A stretch of DNA of 63,990 nt, filler included, from Reticulomyxa filosa (Eukaryota; Protista; Foraminifera): the NCBI GenBank assembly GCA_000512085.1. It is 12 parts of 12 records of this genome, joined end to end, with 100 filler letters (N's around TTAATTAATTAA, not from the genome) between each part and the next. Parts side by side here need not be neighbours in the genome. Positions count along the whole stretch, not along the records: positions 20,652 to 39,774 come from ASPP01013785.1; positions 39,875 to 41,662 come from ASPP01008865.1; positions 41,763 to 48,794 come from ASPP01006574.1; 9 more parts are not named here. The stretch is one strand, 5' to 3'. The notes beneath the pieces were generated by a model that saw only the letters and a program-made list of their open reading frames with translations, made no database searches and had not been told where the DNA came from. Both the position numbers and the translations under genes were made by a program. Of this stretch, positions 35,301 to 48,894 are shown one piece after another. Position 1 is the first letter of the stretch; each line of letters starts with the position of its first letter.

Positions 35301-37706
35301 ACTTGGAGCCCATTTCAAGGAAGTTGTGGCTGGAAAATGTACAATTTATGCAAATCTGCCAGTGGTTGGACAATGACTTGCTGAACTTTATACAAAATTT
35401 CTTAAGTTTACATAAGAATGCTGTCTGTGGGGTCATCCCTTCACCCCTCCACTTCAATCCACGCTTTCCTTCGTTGCTGCATTTGCGAGGACCACCTGAA
35501 AGGCCAGTATCGATTTTGTACATTATGTCTTTATATTTGTTTTTTTCCTTCTTTTTCTCTACACTGTTCTGCTCTAATTTGTGTCTATTCATGTTGTAAT
35601 GCACCCGTCAACTGTGGCTTGTTCAGACGTCCACCTTATCAATTCGAACCTTCGGAAATAGGTAACGATCGCACCAAATTCTTCCTTTCCTTTTTATTAG
35701 ACACAGTGTGTCGATATCATCAGGCTGTGGACAGGCCAAAATATGTTGACAACAATGGCATCGAACATGTTCAAAGATCACAGTTGGATATTTGGGTTGA
35801 ACGAGCCCAAACGTTGTTCCAGGAGGACATGCAATCTGCATATCAATTTTTATATCTTTTGTCACATTCCAAAGGGTTGAGTACTTTTTTTTTTTTTTTG
35901 AAAGAGAAAAAAGAGAGAGAAAGAACAGGGAGGGAAGGAAACAAACTAATACAAATGACTGAAATGTTGACAACATCCGATTGATTATTGAGATATACAC
36001 ATCAATGCAAATGCACAATTGAACAGATACTGGAACGCATACCTGTTAACATGCAAAGATATGAGAGTACGCGTGTACGTCGTAGATTTGGTCATATCGG
36101 CGATGCAAATGGTGTTGGTAGTGGAAAGACCACTGTATTACGTGGCCAAGGAAGCAAAGATTGAAGACGTGGATATAGAGACAGAAGACGAACAGAGTGG
36201 CGCTAGTGTAGGCGATGTTATTGACGAAAATGATCCAAGCAAATTGCCGTCTTATCGTCAATTAGGATTTGAAGATCAAAAAGGAGATGTAAACAAATAT
36301 CACCCTCAAGCAGTTGCCAAAGAAATATCCACCGATTTAGAAATGGATAAAGCGCTTGCCAACATGCATGAAAGTGATGTAGAAGATATATATGATATCA
36401 GTGAAACTGCAGTGGATGTGAAAACCTCGGAAAAGCAAACAGCGGAGATTTCAACAAAGGTCCCGAATCAACAATTGACGTATTATCCAACTCATTCCAT
36501 TGTTGTAACAGTATTGGACGAAATGTGCAAATTGCTGTTGCGTGCCACACATTATTGGAAATTGTTTGACCAGTATTGGCTGTTTTTCAAAAAATTTGCG
36601 GAATTGGGATGTCCAGAAAAACAGTTACTGCTGGACCGAGAATGGATCACGGAATGTATTCGTTTCCAACAAGAAAAGAAAAGCACGAGCATGTTGAGAA
36701 AACTGGTAAGTTTGTGCGATACTTTCGTTCATTCTTTTATTTATTTATTTTTTTTTTGGTCTCATGTTGTAACACGGACAGATGCCAGATGACTTTGTAT
36801 ATGCCCCGCTTCGATGACATCCGAAATGCTTGAACCGAATTACACACATATGCTGGAAATGGTGGCGATATTGGTTTGTTCATGCGTCCCTCCAAAGTAC
36901 AGGAAAGAGCTGGAAACGTTTTTGAAGGAGCACGTTGGAAGCGAACAGGCAATGCAAAGAACAACGACGGATCTGTTCCAGCAATACTATAGCTACATTT
37001 ACAACCAGTTTGGGTACCAATTGTTTGCTCCTAATTTGCCAGAAACAACCTTGGTTCATTCCAACATGTTGTTGACACTACCAAATTCTGACGTTAAAAC
37101 TTTGTCAAGTCCTGGAATTTGGAGTCGCTTTTTGACACAAAATCCTCACGCCGTGTCTCGAATTGTGTGTCATTTGTCTTGGATGAACAAAGAATTTAGC
37201 AAGAAGTGTGTCAATATGCTTGTCAAATATCTTGAAACTGTTAAGTATTGTTTTGTTTATTTATGTTTTTTTCTTCACTCATCAAATACCAAGTGGTAAA
37301 ATTCTCTATCATTTTGTTGATTCAGCGCGATGAATCTCAATATACTCCATGTTATATCATTCTTCGTGATTTCTTGAAGCTCAAAGACTACAAAGAATCA
37401 TTTGAAGAGCAGACCGACGAAAATAAAAATCAAGAAACAGCTAAATATGATATTCGTGCTTATAGTGCAATACGTGTGGATCGATTCTTGTCCCAAATTA
37501 TTCCAATTATCGAAAATTGGGTGATGAAAGAGGAGTATTCTGGCGCTGTGCAGTCTTGTTGTCAGTTTGTGGATGAAATGATCAGAGAAAATCCTTTGTG
37601 TGCAGTATATTTCCGCAACAGACAAGAGGTACCTGTAATTAAGTGGTATCGAAAATTTGTGTCCACTAGATCTTTTTGGTTTGTCAATAAACCAGCCTTC
37701 CCTTGA
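26326..37706 (+). CDS. Very large ubiquitin-specific protease (peptidase C19), USP9X/USP24/USP34-like, many exons; 3' end uncertain
   Basis: Cys box CGLTNFACTCYCNGSMQQLY (~33360-33420); EQ|MDAQEFMNFLFD; ICQEC and LCSGC Zn pairs; IHLKRFEFN; His box YELVGILVHSGTADFGHYYS|YIRE..WLEFNDDTV. Long helical N-terminal region; first exon MTIVKIEEPEDLL with CTG|GTGAGT donor. Confidence 0.9.
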
Positions 37707-38168
37707 TTTTGTGATCTGCCAGTTTTTTTGTTGATTTGTTTGTTTTTACAAGTAGACCACACGGTTCTTAAGAGTGAATAAATTTTTAGACACTTTGTAT
37801 GTAAGCCATTACAATGAGCACACCGATGATTTATTCACTTTCAAAACAAATTGCCTTCGTCTTTTGCGAGGAAGAAAATTTTATGTCCAAAAAATGAAAA
37901 TTTGCATAATGTTCCTTTTGTTACTGTTTTTTTACAAAAATTTCGATTCGCTTTATCATTGTCTCATCCCTTGATCGGAACACCGCAAGCAGTTTTAGTT
38001 TGAAGAAAATGGGGTTATTTTTTTTGAGAACTGCAAACTTCGAATAGACTACAAGTTGGCGAAAACTAGTAGTCAGGGAAACCTAAAAAAAATTTTTTCC
38101 GGAGATCATCGGTTTCTTTCCATGTTCTTCTCATTCTGACGAATTGAGTAAAATAAAAAACAAGAAGG

Positions 38169-39690
38169 ATGATAACAAAATTGAAAAATAAATTTTTTGT
38201 GAAGAAAACGAGTACCGATACTGACAAAGTATGCGAAGGTTCCAACCAAACGCAACAACAGCCCAACAGACACTTTGTTAACCAAAGTCATAACGCACAA
38301 ATACAACCAACGTTGAACAATATGGAATCAAGTAATCAAATGCAGCAGCCATTGAATAATGATCAAAATGCATCATTTGTTAAGTGTGTTGAGAAAATGT
38401 AGAAGGTCTTTGAATGCGCATACATTCTGAAGGTTGGAATGTTTGTTGTAATGTCGAAAGAAGCGAGCACAAGTAAATCAAATGGTATGGCCACAAGGAT
38501 ATGTAAGTCAAGGAAATGGGCCTGGTGTGAACGGAATGCATCCCGGCCACAGTCAAAATGGATCGAATGGAGGAATATATGGCGTAGGCGTAAATAGGAC
38601 TATTTCAGGAAACATGATAACGCCGGTGGTGGATGAAACGAGAAATACGAGCATGAACATGATCACCGATAATGTAAACACAGTCCATCCCAATTCCTTT
38701 TCAAATGTGCCAATGAACAACCACTCGAACCCTGTGTCGATGCCAATGCAAATGCCCATGCCTATGTCAATGCCAATGTCCATGCCTATGCCTATGCAAA
38801 TGCCAATGTCTATGCCAATGCCCAACGGAATGCCTAATGTCCCAGCCAACATGAATACCAACAATGTTGTCACATCACTGCCATACAATTCAAATCAACC
38901 TTACTATCAAAACTTCAATCCCAATTTCATGCCCGACATCGCACAGGTCCAACAATTGTACGCACAGCAGGTTCAGCAAGCTTATGAAATACAAGTTAAC
39001 CCTCAAACTTTTTCCCCCCCCCCTTTCAATGCAAAGTCAATAATATCCAAAAAAAAAAAAATGAATACAGAAATGGCTTGAGAGATATAAAATGTCTCAA
39101 AATAGTTACGTTTTTTTTTTTTGTTTTGTTTGTTCAATAAAGAAACTTGAAACAATTGCTTCTTTTTTTTTACAGTAAATGATGTGAAGTGAATTTTTTC
39201 TGTTGATTTACAGCTCTTATCTTTCTGTTTCTCCCCTTTGTTCCCCTTTGTCAATCGATATTTTGTCCAATCTTCCTTACTCTTTGATATATTGGTAACG
39301 ACAGACTTCAATAATGACGGCTTTGTGACAGATGAAAGTGACGAAACCAATGATCCGTTTAGTAAAACTCTCTTTTCTTTTCCAATGCCGTCTTGTGCCA
39401 ATCATCACCGACCCTTTGATTTGTCCATTTTGAACCAATCAGAAGTTCTATGAAAACAAAAAAAAAAAAAAGGGAAATGACAGTGTGCCATCAAATCGAT
39501 GCCACAGTAAATCAGTTGGAAACTCGTCTTGCAAAGTTGCAAAATCATTTGGAACAATTAAATAAAGGACAGTTGCAGCGTACCGAAAAAGAGCATCATC
39601 ACATAAAATCAACCAGTAATGTTACCAGTAACTCATTTGATGTCCCTTTCCCTCAAGAGCCTCTTATTGTTCATTCCAAAGAAATGTTGA
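38169..39690 (+). CDS. Low-complexity N/Q/M/P-rich exons plus coiled coil; either the USP C-terminus or a separate gene, 3' partial
   Basis: ORFs 38169-38402, 38482-39081, 39238-39453 and 39450-39767 on the same strand; (MP/MS/MQ)n repeat; QLETRLAKLQNHLEQL coiled coil. Confidence 0.5.
38740..38835 (+). repeat. Coding hexamer repeat (ATGCCN)n encoding MPMQMPMPMSMPMSMPMPMQMPMSMPMP
   Basis: Directly visible degenerate ATGCCA/ATGTCN/ATGCAA units. Confidence 0.9.
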
Positions 39691-40065
39691 GTGTTTTTCT
39701 AAAAAAAAACAACAAAAAACACGCATACACAAAAAAAAAAAAAAAAAAAAAAATATTTTTTTTTTAAAAAAAAANNNNNNNNNNNNNNNNNNNNNNNNNN
39801 NNNNNNNNNNNNNNNNNNTTAATTAATTAANNNNNNNNNNNNNNNNNNNNNNNNNNNNNNNNNNNNNNNNNNNNCAATAAAACCAGAGAGCAAACAAAAT
39901 CCTTTTGTTTTGTTTTTTTTTTTTTTTTATGTCTTTTCAAAAAAAACATATCAGTAACAAAAATAAACAAAAAAAATCAATGCCAAACAATAGCTATGAG
40001 CGCATTAGACAAGTAAACAATGAGAATATAATGAACTCTGAGATCGGATTACATATGCCATTCAA

Positions 40066-40729
40066 TTATTTCTTGATAGCTGATTCAGCTTGCTTTTCAG
40101 CTTCTTTGAGTTTTTGGTAGGTGTAGTACATCAATCCTGATACTGCTGCAATTCCCACGGCCAGTAAAATTACTTCTTGTTTATCAAAGCCCCACAGCAA
40201 ATCTTGATTTCTTTTTTGTTTTAACAAAAAAAAGAAGATAAAATCAATATTGACCAAAAAAAAAAAAAAAAAAAGAGATCGCAATCCTATATAACAATAA
40301 TAAAAATAGAAATAAAATTCATAAATAATGCAATCAAACTTTGATGATTTTTTTTTTGATTTGGAATTTTTAGATTTGTTATTATCCTCATCCTCATTCC
40401 CACTGCTCTCGTCTTCGTTGGAGCCATTGTCCTCATTGTCCGTATTTTTTTCTTCGTCATTATCGTCATCGTCACGTCTTTTTTTTGACGATTTTTTCCC
40501 CTTTTTTCCTTTTTGTGGCCTGTCCCAATTTTATTTGTTGATGTTGTTTTTATGATCCAATATTTAAAACTTTGAAATCTGTCCTCCCTCTTCATCTTGC
40601 TTTCTTTATATACACAACGACAAACTGTGCATCTTCGTCGTCATTGTTAAGGGCTGAATCGATAATATTAACCACTTTCTTTGCCACGTTTACAGCACCA
40701 GACACTTTATCTTTCTTCTTTTTGCCCAT
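40066..40729 (-). CDS. Small K/D/E-rich protein with a C-terminal transmembrane helix, 3 exons
   Basis: MGKKKKDKVSGAVNVAKK start, acidic middle exon, last exon EVILLAVGIAAVSGLMYYTYQKLKEAEKQAESAIKK*. Confidence 0.6.
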
Positions 40730-41200
40730 AGTTTAACTAATTTGCTTGTTTATTAGTGTTGAAATGTCACAAAAGATTATTATTGGGGGATTTTTTCAAT
40801 AAAATTTTTTTTTGCAAATTTTAGACAATAACTTAAAAAATTATTAAGGAATACAATACCTTTTTGAAAACAGTTTTCCTACTTTCCAAATTGTAGCGAA
40901 TAGGTTCATAAAATCGCGAAAGTTAAATAGCAAACCATCATTAAAGAAAAAAAAAAGCCAAAAGGAAAATACTAAATTTCCTTAATTCATTTCAATCAAG
41001 GCATTACTGGACAGTAGCTTCACAAAAACTTTTTTTTTGTTTCAAACTGACACGTGCAACAAATGTAAACATTCATGTGGTCCCTTTGCAATTAATTGAA
41101 TATGTTGCAAACAAGGTGCAATAACTGATTTGTGTCCCTCTTGTATTGTTTTGTTTTTTTGTGCATATTGGCAAAAGCGGATTGTTTTGTCTTTCGACAG

Positions 41201-41622
41201 TGTACGCCGCCGTGGAGGAGTAACAAACAACCGTTTGAATGATTCTTCATCAGCGCCTGAGAAAAACAAAAAAGGTGAGTGGTATTTTTACCCCCTTTGC
41301 GGTACGATGGCTATAGTGGTGATAATTGTATTGTATATGTTATTCTCTGGCAGCCACGATTCATCGAGTACAGTAGCAAGTCCAAACCAGAATCCAATAG
41401 ACGCAGAGCAAGTGGTTAACAAAGAGAATAACGTGAACGTGGCTGTAGAGAACACACTTGTGCCAAAAGAGTCAAACAATAACGATGTGAACGAAAGATA
41501 TGAGCATCGACCCAATCGTGGCCGAGTGGACAATCAACTACCAAAGCAAGATGCCATAAGAGCCGAATTTCTACGAGAACAAAGAGGAAAGCAAAAAGAA
41601 AAATATCAAGAACATTTACAAA

Positions 41623-41623
<1 letters not shown>
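41201..41623 (+). CDS. Exon of a type II membrane protein (Golgi/ER-enzyme-like topology), partial
   Basis: RRR-containing tail, TM segment LCGTMAIVVIIVLYMLFSG, N/E-rich stem; flanked by AG and GT plus poly-T. Confidence 0.55.
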
Positions 41624-41662
<39 letters not shown>

Positions 41663-41762
41663 NNNNNNNNNNNNNNNNNNNNNNNNNNNNNNNNNNNNNN
41701 NNNNNNTTAATTAATTAANNNNNNNNNNNNNNNNNNNNNNNNNNNNNNNNNNNNNNNNNNNN

Positions 41763-42617
41763 AAAAAAAAAAAAAAAAAAAAAATCCCCTCTTTGTTTTG
41801 AAAAGAGTAAAACGAAACATCGTCCCATAAATAAGGGCTGATCCTGCCGCAGCTTCTTCCATTCATCGTACCTTCGGGACTGCTCTTGGATTTGGTTGTT
41901 CACGTACAGACGCATTTCCTCCACTTTGTCGTCCGACGGCAAGTGTCCCAATTGATGTCCGCCGCTAAAGCGAAACGCGTCCTCGTTCTTGTCGCCCGTC
42001 TGTGTCGTGCCACGCTTGCGACTCTCCAACATTCCAGGCTCGTCTTCCACTCCCAATTCTGCCACCTTCGGGTCATATCTTCAACGTTGCAATTTCCATT
42101 TTTTTTTTTTATATACATATATATATTTGCATATTTCTTACATAGTGTTTCATATTGCCATAGAAACATATATATGTATATATATATATATACACATACA
42201 CATATATGTACATATATGCATGTGTGTATGTGCTTGTGGCTGGAAGTTTCCGGAAATTAATGACACTTACTTGTGTTCGTCGGCAGAAACATGGAAACCC
42301 GAGTTTCGGTGTAAAAAAGTAGATCTGTCCACGTCGTGAATGTCTTCCATCTCTCGGATCCAAAATTTAGGTGGGGGATCGTTGACATCGTCCAACAGCT
42401 CCCACTTTGTATCTTCCTCAACCTCCTCTTCTTCCCTTTGCGGACGTTGGAATACCCTTTGCAGCGTGCTTTGCTTTTGGATTGTTCCATCCTGCTTGCT
42501 TCTCTGTGGTCTGCTTTCGAGCTCTAACTCGCTTGGGATATATACGGAAGTAAATAGATCTCCTTCTGGTTTTGTTGCCACTTTCTTTGTGTCTTTTTTC
42601 ACTTGCTTTTCTTGCAT
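41763..42617 (-). CDS. Hypothetical protein, spliced, 3' partial
   Basis: ORFs 42617-42267 and 42065-41820 separated by a TA/CA-repeat intron. Confidence 0.55.
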
Positions 42618-42865
42618 TATACAAAAGATTCAGTCCCTTCTTCTATTGAATCAAACAGGTTTATGATCAATACATCAAAAAAAAAAAGGAACCTCCGGAA
42701 AAAAGGTAGAAGACCCTCTCCTGACTTTGATACTCATTTACTTTTCATTACAAAATACAACTTTTAAATAAATGTGCTAAATCCCAATTTATTAAATAAC
42801 GTGTTGCCGATGAAAAGGTTAAAAAAAAAAGCATCAATCAGCAAACAAAAAAGCTAAAAAATAAA

Positions 42866-45800
42866 TTACATTTTAGCAATATACGCTTGCAGCTTTCGAC
42901 AATCTTGAAGCAGCAATTGAATGGTTGCATCGTCTTCAAAAGCGCCTAAAGGGCAGCTTTCGTCAGTGCATTGTTTTGCGCGTTTAACTGAGTTGAAGTT
43001 TGTGTTTTCGGCACATTTTAGTCCTGGATTTTCGAAATTAGCTTCTTCACGGTTTAGTGAGCAGGACTTCAAGCATGTTGCTGGTGTGCAATGAAGCAAG
43101 CAACGTTGCTGTCCTTTGACACGTTCCTTTTTATTGTTATTTTCTGACTTAGTAGAATCAATATAACGTGTTTTTGCATTCAGCTCGGCATAACATTTTG
43201 AAGAGTCAACTGCTTACAGAAATACAAACCCCTTTTTTTTAAAAAAATATTGGAAACAAATATAATTTTATTTAATGTATCTACCTTGTTCTTGCTGGCA
43301 TTTGCTCTGCGAACTTAAAGACGAATTTGGTTGAGTTTGTTGACACAAGTCAACTTCATGTGTTGCGTTAGATGGATCGTTGTAAACACGGGTTTGTAAT
43401 TCAGAAGCTGACAGCTCTTGAGAAAGGGAAAGCAGCGTCTTTGCCAAGTGATTTCCAAATTCACAATTGTCTAAAAAGCCGCGCATTTTTTGGTCAAACG
43501 TTTTTTCATCCGAACATTCATGCAAATTGGTTCCAAACAGCTTTTCGCATTTGCAAATTCCAAACGAACAAACAAAAGAAAAAAAAAGAGGCAAACGACT
43601 CAAAATTAAAAAATGTGCAGTTGCAAGATAATAAAAAAAACAACCTGCAAGAGTGACTCTTGTGCGTTGGAAGGAAGACGTTGAAGGCAAGACGTAGTAT
43701 TTGCTGCATTTTCCAAAAGTTCAGAGTGTATGATACGTGGCTCAACTCGTGTTTGGACTGGCTCCATCTTTTGCGGTGAGCTCACAAAAGCAAATCGCTG
43801 ACCCTTTTTTTCATCGGCATTTGAGGGAACAACTTCAGAAATGGAAGGAGGATTAGAGTTGTCGTGGTCAAGGACTTGTATTTGGGGGTCACTCTTTTTT
43901 TTTTTAGAGTGGCTCTCTTTTTGCTTCAATAGTTTCGGCTCCTTTTCTTGACCTTTGTCCTCGTATGACCACTCTGATTTTTTAAAACATTTATTACTGT
44001 TATTTGTTTGTTTTTTTTTTTGAAGGATTACATGAAAAAAACAGAGTCTTTCCAAACTAAACCAGATTTAACATGTTTCTCAGTTTGACACATTATTTGT
44101 TGATTACGTACTCGCTGTTGTGCTTCGGCCTAAACAGTGACAATATAAATGTAATTAGTGAATAATATATAAAAGTCCATTTCTCATTTCTTTTGAAGTT
44201 TGCAAATTTGACCCAACTTGATTTTTCCTTCTCATTTGTCTCAACTTTAGAAATTTTTCTCTCTGATGCTCTTGGGATGGCTCAAGTTTCTGTTTTTCTT
44301 CATTTTCGGTTTGTGTTGCTGCCTCTTCGGACCCCCTTTTTTTTTTGATAAAGCGTAATGATGTGACATTTATTTTAACACAAAACAAAGCGAAAAAACT
44401 TTGAAGGAGTGGTTGAGGAAGCAGCAACCACTTTGTTATCTTGATCTTGCACATTTTCCAACTTTTTTTTTTCGTCACTTGCTTCGCTTTTTTCACAGAA
44501 CTGAACACCTTTTTCAAATTTTTTAAATTGAAGAGATCAAGTTGTTATGAATAAATATATGTACATATTTTTTTTATTGGATTAATTTCGTCTAGTTCAT
44601 AAACCAAACTGGGATTGTCAGAGGTGTTGGTGTTTGTCTGCTTTTGAGCTTGAAAAAGGGGGCAGCTAATCGAATCTTTCTGTGTTGTAATGCCAAGTCG
44701 CAATTTGATCTCTTCCAAGTACTGGGAGTTGTCTTCAGTGGACATGTGCATGGCAATGTCTTCCACATCTTGAAATGGCCCTTTATGCATGCGTCCCAAT
44801 ACCGTCACAGGGGTCGTTTCCTCAACTTTTGTATCGGCGTTGCCAAAAGGCAAAGCCCAATCCCTGTCAGTTTCGCTTTTCCATTCCTCCAATTTTTTTT
44901 TCCGTCTCCATTTTTCTAAGACGTCATCTACGTCAATCGCAACCTCGTCATTGCCGTTGTTTCCATCCGTCCACCCCTTCCCCGTCATCTCTGCACTCTT
45001 GTTCCTTTCCTTCCATTTTTCAGTCCACGATGTTTGAGGTGACATCAACACCTCGTTTTCTTCCATTGTCCCATTTTTTGTTACGTCTGCATAGATATTT
45101 TTCAATTGTTCTGGCCAAACGTCCACTTTTTTTTTTTTAAAATTGATATTTTAAAATATCGTGTTTCTAATTTTGATTCGTCAGCAATTTTTTTTTTTTT
45201 TTTTTTTTTTTGCAAACTGAGAATGTTGTTGGTTGCGATTGTTTGTTGGAAATGTCTTGAAAAATGAGATGAGGGAATACGCTTTTATGAGGAGAAGAAC
45301 GTATACTACTGCTTCTGGTGCTACTGTCGCTGCAGCTGTTACTTTTGCTTTTTTGTTGAAATCTTTCAATCAATTCGCGCCTCTTTTTTTTGCGCTCTTC
45401 AGTGTTGATATTATGGCTGTTTAACACTTTGGCCAATGTGTCCGAGATGGAGGACTTGTCGCTGTCATTTGTGCTTATGCCAATCGTGGTGAAAGGGTCC
45501 ACCACGTCTTGTTGGCGATCACTACTGCTCTCATGTCTTGGGATTGATGCATCGCGGACTAACTTTTGCTCTGTGTCATTCTTTGGTGATTGACATTGGC
45601 TTTGTGATACATCACTTTTTTTCAATGCTTCGTTCATACTGTATTTTGTCTCTTTCATTGAAATGATCACTCGATTGGCTGTGATGATTTTGTATATATG
45701 CGTTGTTATTGTTGATTGCACACACTTTGCGCTGCCAACAAGAACACAACTCGTGTTTCTCACCGGATTTGTTTTCCGAGTAATCCACATCACGTCCTAC

Positions 45801-45908
45801 AGCTTCTGCAAAAATGTACTTAAAATCACTTGTGATTGACAAGGGATCTTCCAAGAGTTTGTCATTTCGTTCGAGGGATATTGTTGGATTTGACATTTTT
45901 GGGGGCAT
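42866..45908 (-). CDS. Hypothetical charged, low-complexity multi-exon protein
   Basis: Chain of minus-strand ORFs (45908-45612, 45793-45167, 45126-44545, 44517-44155, 44055-43606, 43690-43268, 43099-42866) separated by A/T-run introns; no recognisable domain. Confidence 0.55.
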
Positions 45909-46232
45909 TCACAAACAGAAACTACTCAAAAGTGTCAGTTGTTTTGTTGCCTATTTTGTATTTGTTTGTTAGGTTAATCAGGAAACAACAAAATTTCATT
46001 TTTTCTACAGTGGCAGTAAGTTACTTTGATTAGCTAGTTTTTAAAAAAAAATCCTTAGGAAATACTGTTGAAAAAATAGAAAAAACAATAAAAAGCAGTA
46101 ATAAATACAATTTAAAGTTAAATAAAAGATTCTACAATCTTTTTGCAACTCAACGAGCCAACATTTTGTTTATTATAACAAAAAGCGAAGTGTTCAGTCT
46201 TATTTTTTTTATATAGGGTCCCCTTTTATTTA

Positions 46233-48007
46233 ATGATCGAGATGGACTGCAGCGGAAGTTTTGGGACCTCTTTGCATAAATCAAAGGATATCAATGCGTT
46301 ATCAGTCCATGATTTCGAACATGAAGGAATATTCGGACGTTATTTTTTTGACACATATCCAACGGGAACGAATGTCGTACAAGGGGAGCAGAGCACGGAA
46401 GAAAAGAAAGAGCAAGACGTAAGACACGAGCAATTGAAGAAGGAAGCGGAGCAAGATTTTTTGGCAGTGCGTACAAACTACGCACGCAGCCGTGACCCTG
46501 TATCAAATGAAATGCAAGAATGGCTAGGGATAGGCACGCATAGCAAATACGATGGGAAAAAAGGGATAGCGAAACATGGCCGCCCGAGTGTGTCTCTCGT
46601 AGTGGCCTTGGACGTATCCGGCTCAATGGACTGTGGAATTGCGTCTTCCAGCGAGGGTGAGACAAGTTACACAAGTAAGCTTGACGTTGCGAAATACAGT
46701 TTGGTATCGATGTTGAAAAACCTGAAAGACAATGATTCGCTGGGAATTGTTACTTTTGACGAAGAATGCCACGTGATTTACCCGTTGACGCCATGGAAGC
46801 AATCCAGCGCAGAAGAACTGAAGGGTAAAATTATGTCGCTGCAAACGAGTGGTGGCACGGACCTGTCGGTCGCATTTCGAGGTGCCAGCCAGTTGCTTGA
46901 GCAACAGCTTCAAGCCGACAAAAAAAAAGTTACGCAAGGAATACGGACGGAGTATCGCATTTTGTTCATGACCGATATGCAGCCAAATACGGGCGAAACA
47001 AGCGAAAAAGGGTTGTTTGGCATGGCCAACCGTTGCTCCCAACAACGTATTTATACTACATTTGTCGGCATTGGCGAAGACTTTGGTAGCGAGTTGGCGC
47101 AATTTATTTCCACTAACTTGAAAGGTGGGCAATACATGACCGTTCGCACCGCCAAGGAATTCGAAGATCTGATGACCGAGAATTTTGATTACAGTATTTT
47201 CCCAACAATTTTTGATTTCAAGTTTTTTTTCTTTTTTTTTTTTTGGGAGGGCGCGTGCAAACGAAAACGTTTTTATACGTATATCCAAAAAAAAATTTCT
47301 TTTTTTTTTTTGAAAGGCTTGAAATCCTAGATGACAAAACTTTTTCCAGTACTGGTTATGAATTGGACGAAGTGTATGGGAGTCGTGAACGTGGGTCGGC
47401 CACCAACTCTTTGATGATGGTAAAAACGCTGTTTCCGTCACATGTGAATGACGAGGGAATAACCAAAGGCTGTATGCTGCTTTTGAAAATTAAACGCAGG
47501 ACTGGCGAGACAAAACATGATGGTAATGACAGCAAAAACAAAGACAAAGGTGGAAGTGAAGACACAAATACGGTTCTCAAGTTTAAGTGTACGTATCAAA
47601 ACGCTATTACTGAAAAAGAAGAAACGCTTGTGTTTAGCGCTCAAATCCCGCCTACGGCGGCGCTCGGCCATCCCAAGGATGAAGAGTGGTTTGAAAGTCA
47701 TGGCGTTCGTAAAGTTATTGCGTTGACACATTACGTCAACTTATGCAGAGCTGTCGTTTCTCAGCAAGCGATCTATTCGAGTGTTGGTATTCCTTACCGG
47801 TACAAACCTGAAGCGGGTAATTTTTTGAAGGGAAGCGATAGCAACAAAGGCGAGGAGTTGACATCACAGAAAGATATTTTGGAGTCATTTAAGGACTATT
47901 TCTCCAATCAATGCCAACTTTTGAAAGACGATTTTATGAAAGAAGAAATTGATGTCATTGACAAATTAATTGGTCAACAAAAATCCCATTTTGACACGAA
48001 ATATTGA
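46233..48007 (+). CDS. von Willebrand factor type A domain protein, 2 exons
   Basis: MIDAS VALDVSGSM, SGGTDL, ILFMTD, TTFVGIG; intron about 47222-47317. Confidence 0.85.
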
Positions 48008-48894
48008 CAAAAATCATAAATAATAAAAAGTACATAAAAATGTAAAAAAAAGTTGTTTAAACCAACTTAGTTTACTATAACTCTTTACATAAGAGTGATT
48101 CATTTCGGATTCTACAATTGTCACAAAATTACTGAAACTATTTTTAAATTCCTTCATTGGTCAAGGAAATTGACCGGATATCTTTACAAATGGAACTGTA
48201 TACGTAACTTGTTCGGTTACAGCTGGAGAAAAGAAAGTACAGCATTTGTCCGTACATTGTATGTAGTGATTACAACAAAAGTCAATTATAACGTTTCTCC
48301 AATTATTTTTTGTTTTGTTAGTGTAATTTAGTTATCGACTGACTTTCCATGAATATATTATCTATATATTCTCTAAACAAATACACTAAACAAACGTTAC
48401 AGTAACTGTTTAATGTGAAATACAAGAAAATACTAATTTTTCAATACTAATTTAGTTGTTTAAAACAATGATATATTGTAATATTGTCAACTGATATACT
48501 AATCTACAAGCAGATAACCTCACTTGTACACGATATCGATGACTATCATAACATATAAACGCTTTTCACAAGAACATTAACTCACTTATTACTTTTATTA
48601 TTTTGTTTTTTGTTATTATTTTGGTTATTCTAATTTGCTTTTATTCAAAAAAAACTATTCAACTAGTAATTCCGTATTAAACTTATGTGACGTCTGCTTG
48701 TAGTACTGGTGCACTAACGGTAATATGAATGTGTTTACTTAGAAGATAACCGGAGTTTCGTAAAACGAAAGTAATTTAAATAATAAAACAAAATNNNNNN
48801 NNNNNNNNNNNNNNNNNNNNNNNNNNNNNNNNNNNNNNTTAATTAATTAANNNNNNNNNNNNNNNNNNNNNNNNNNNNNNNNNNNNNNNNNNNN

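Noticed and set aside
46623-47441. Long antisense ORF (272 aa) over the vWA gene, and similar shadow ORFs over the WD40, USP and traI genes
   Set aside because: They lie opposite well-supported genes, have no motifs and often cross introns.
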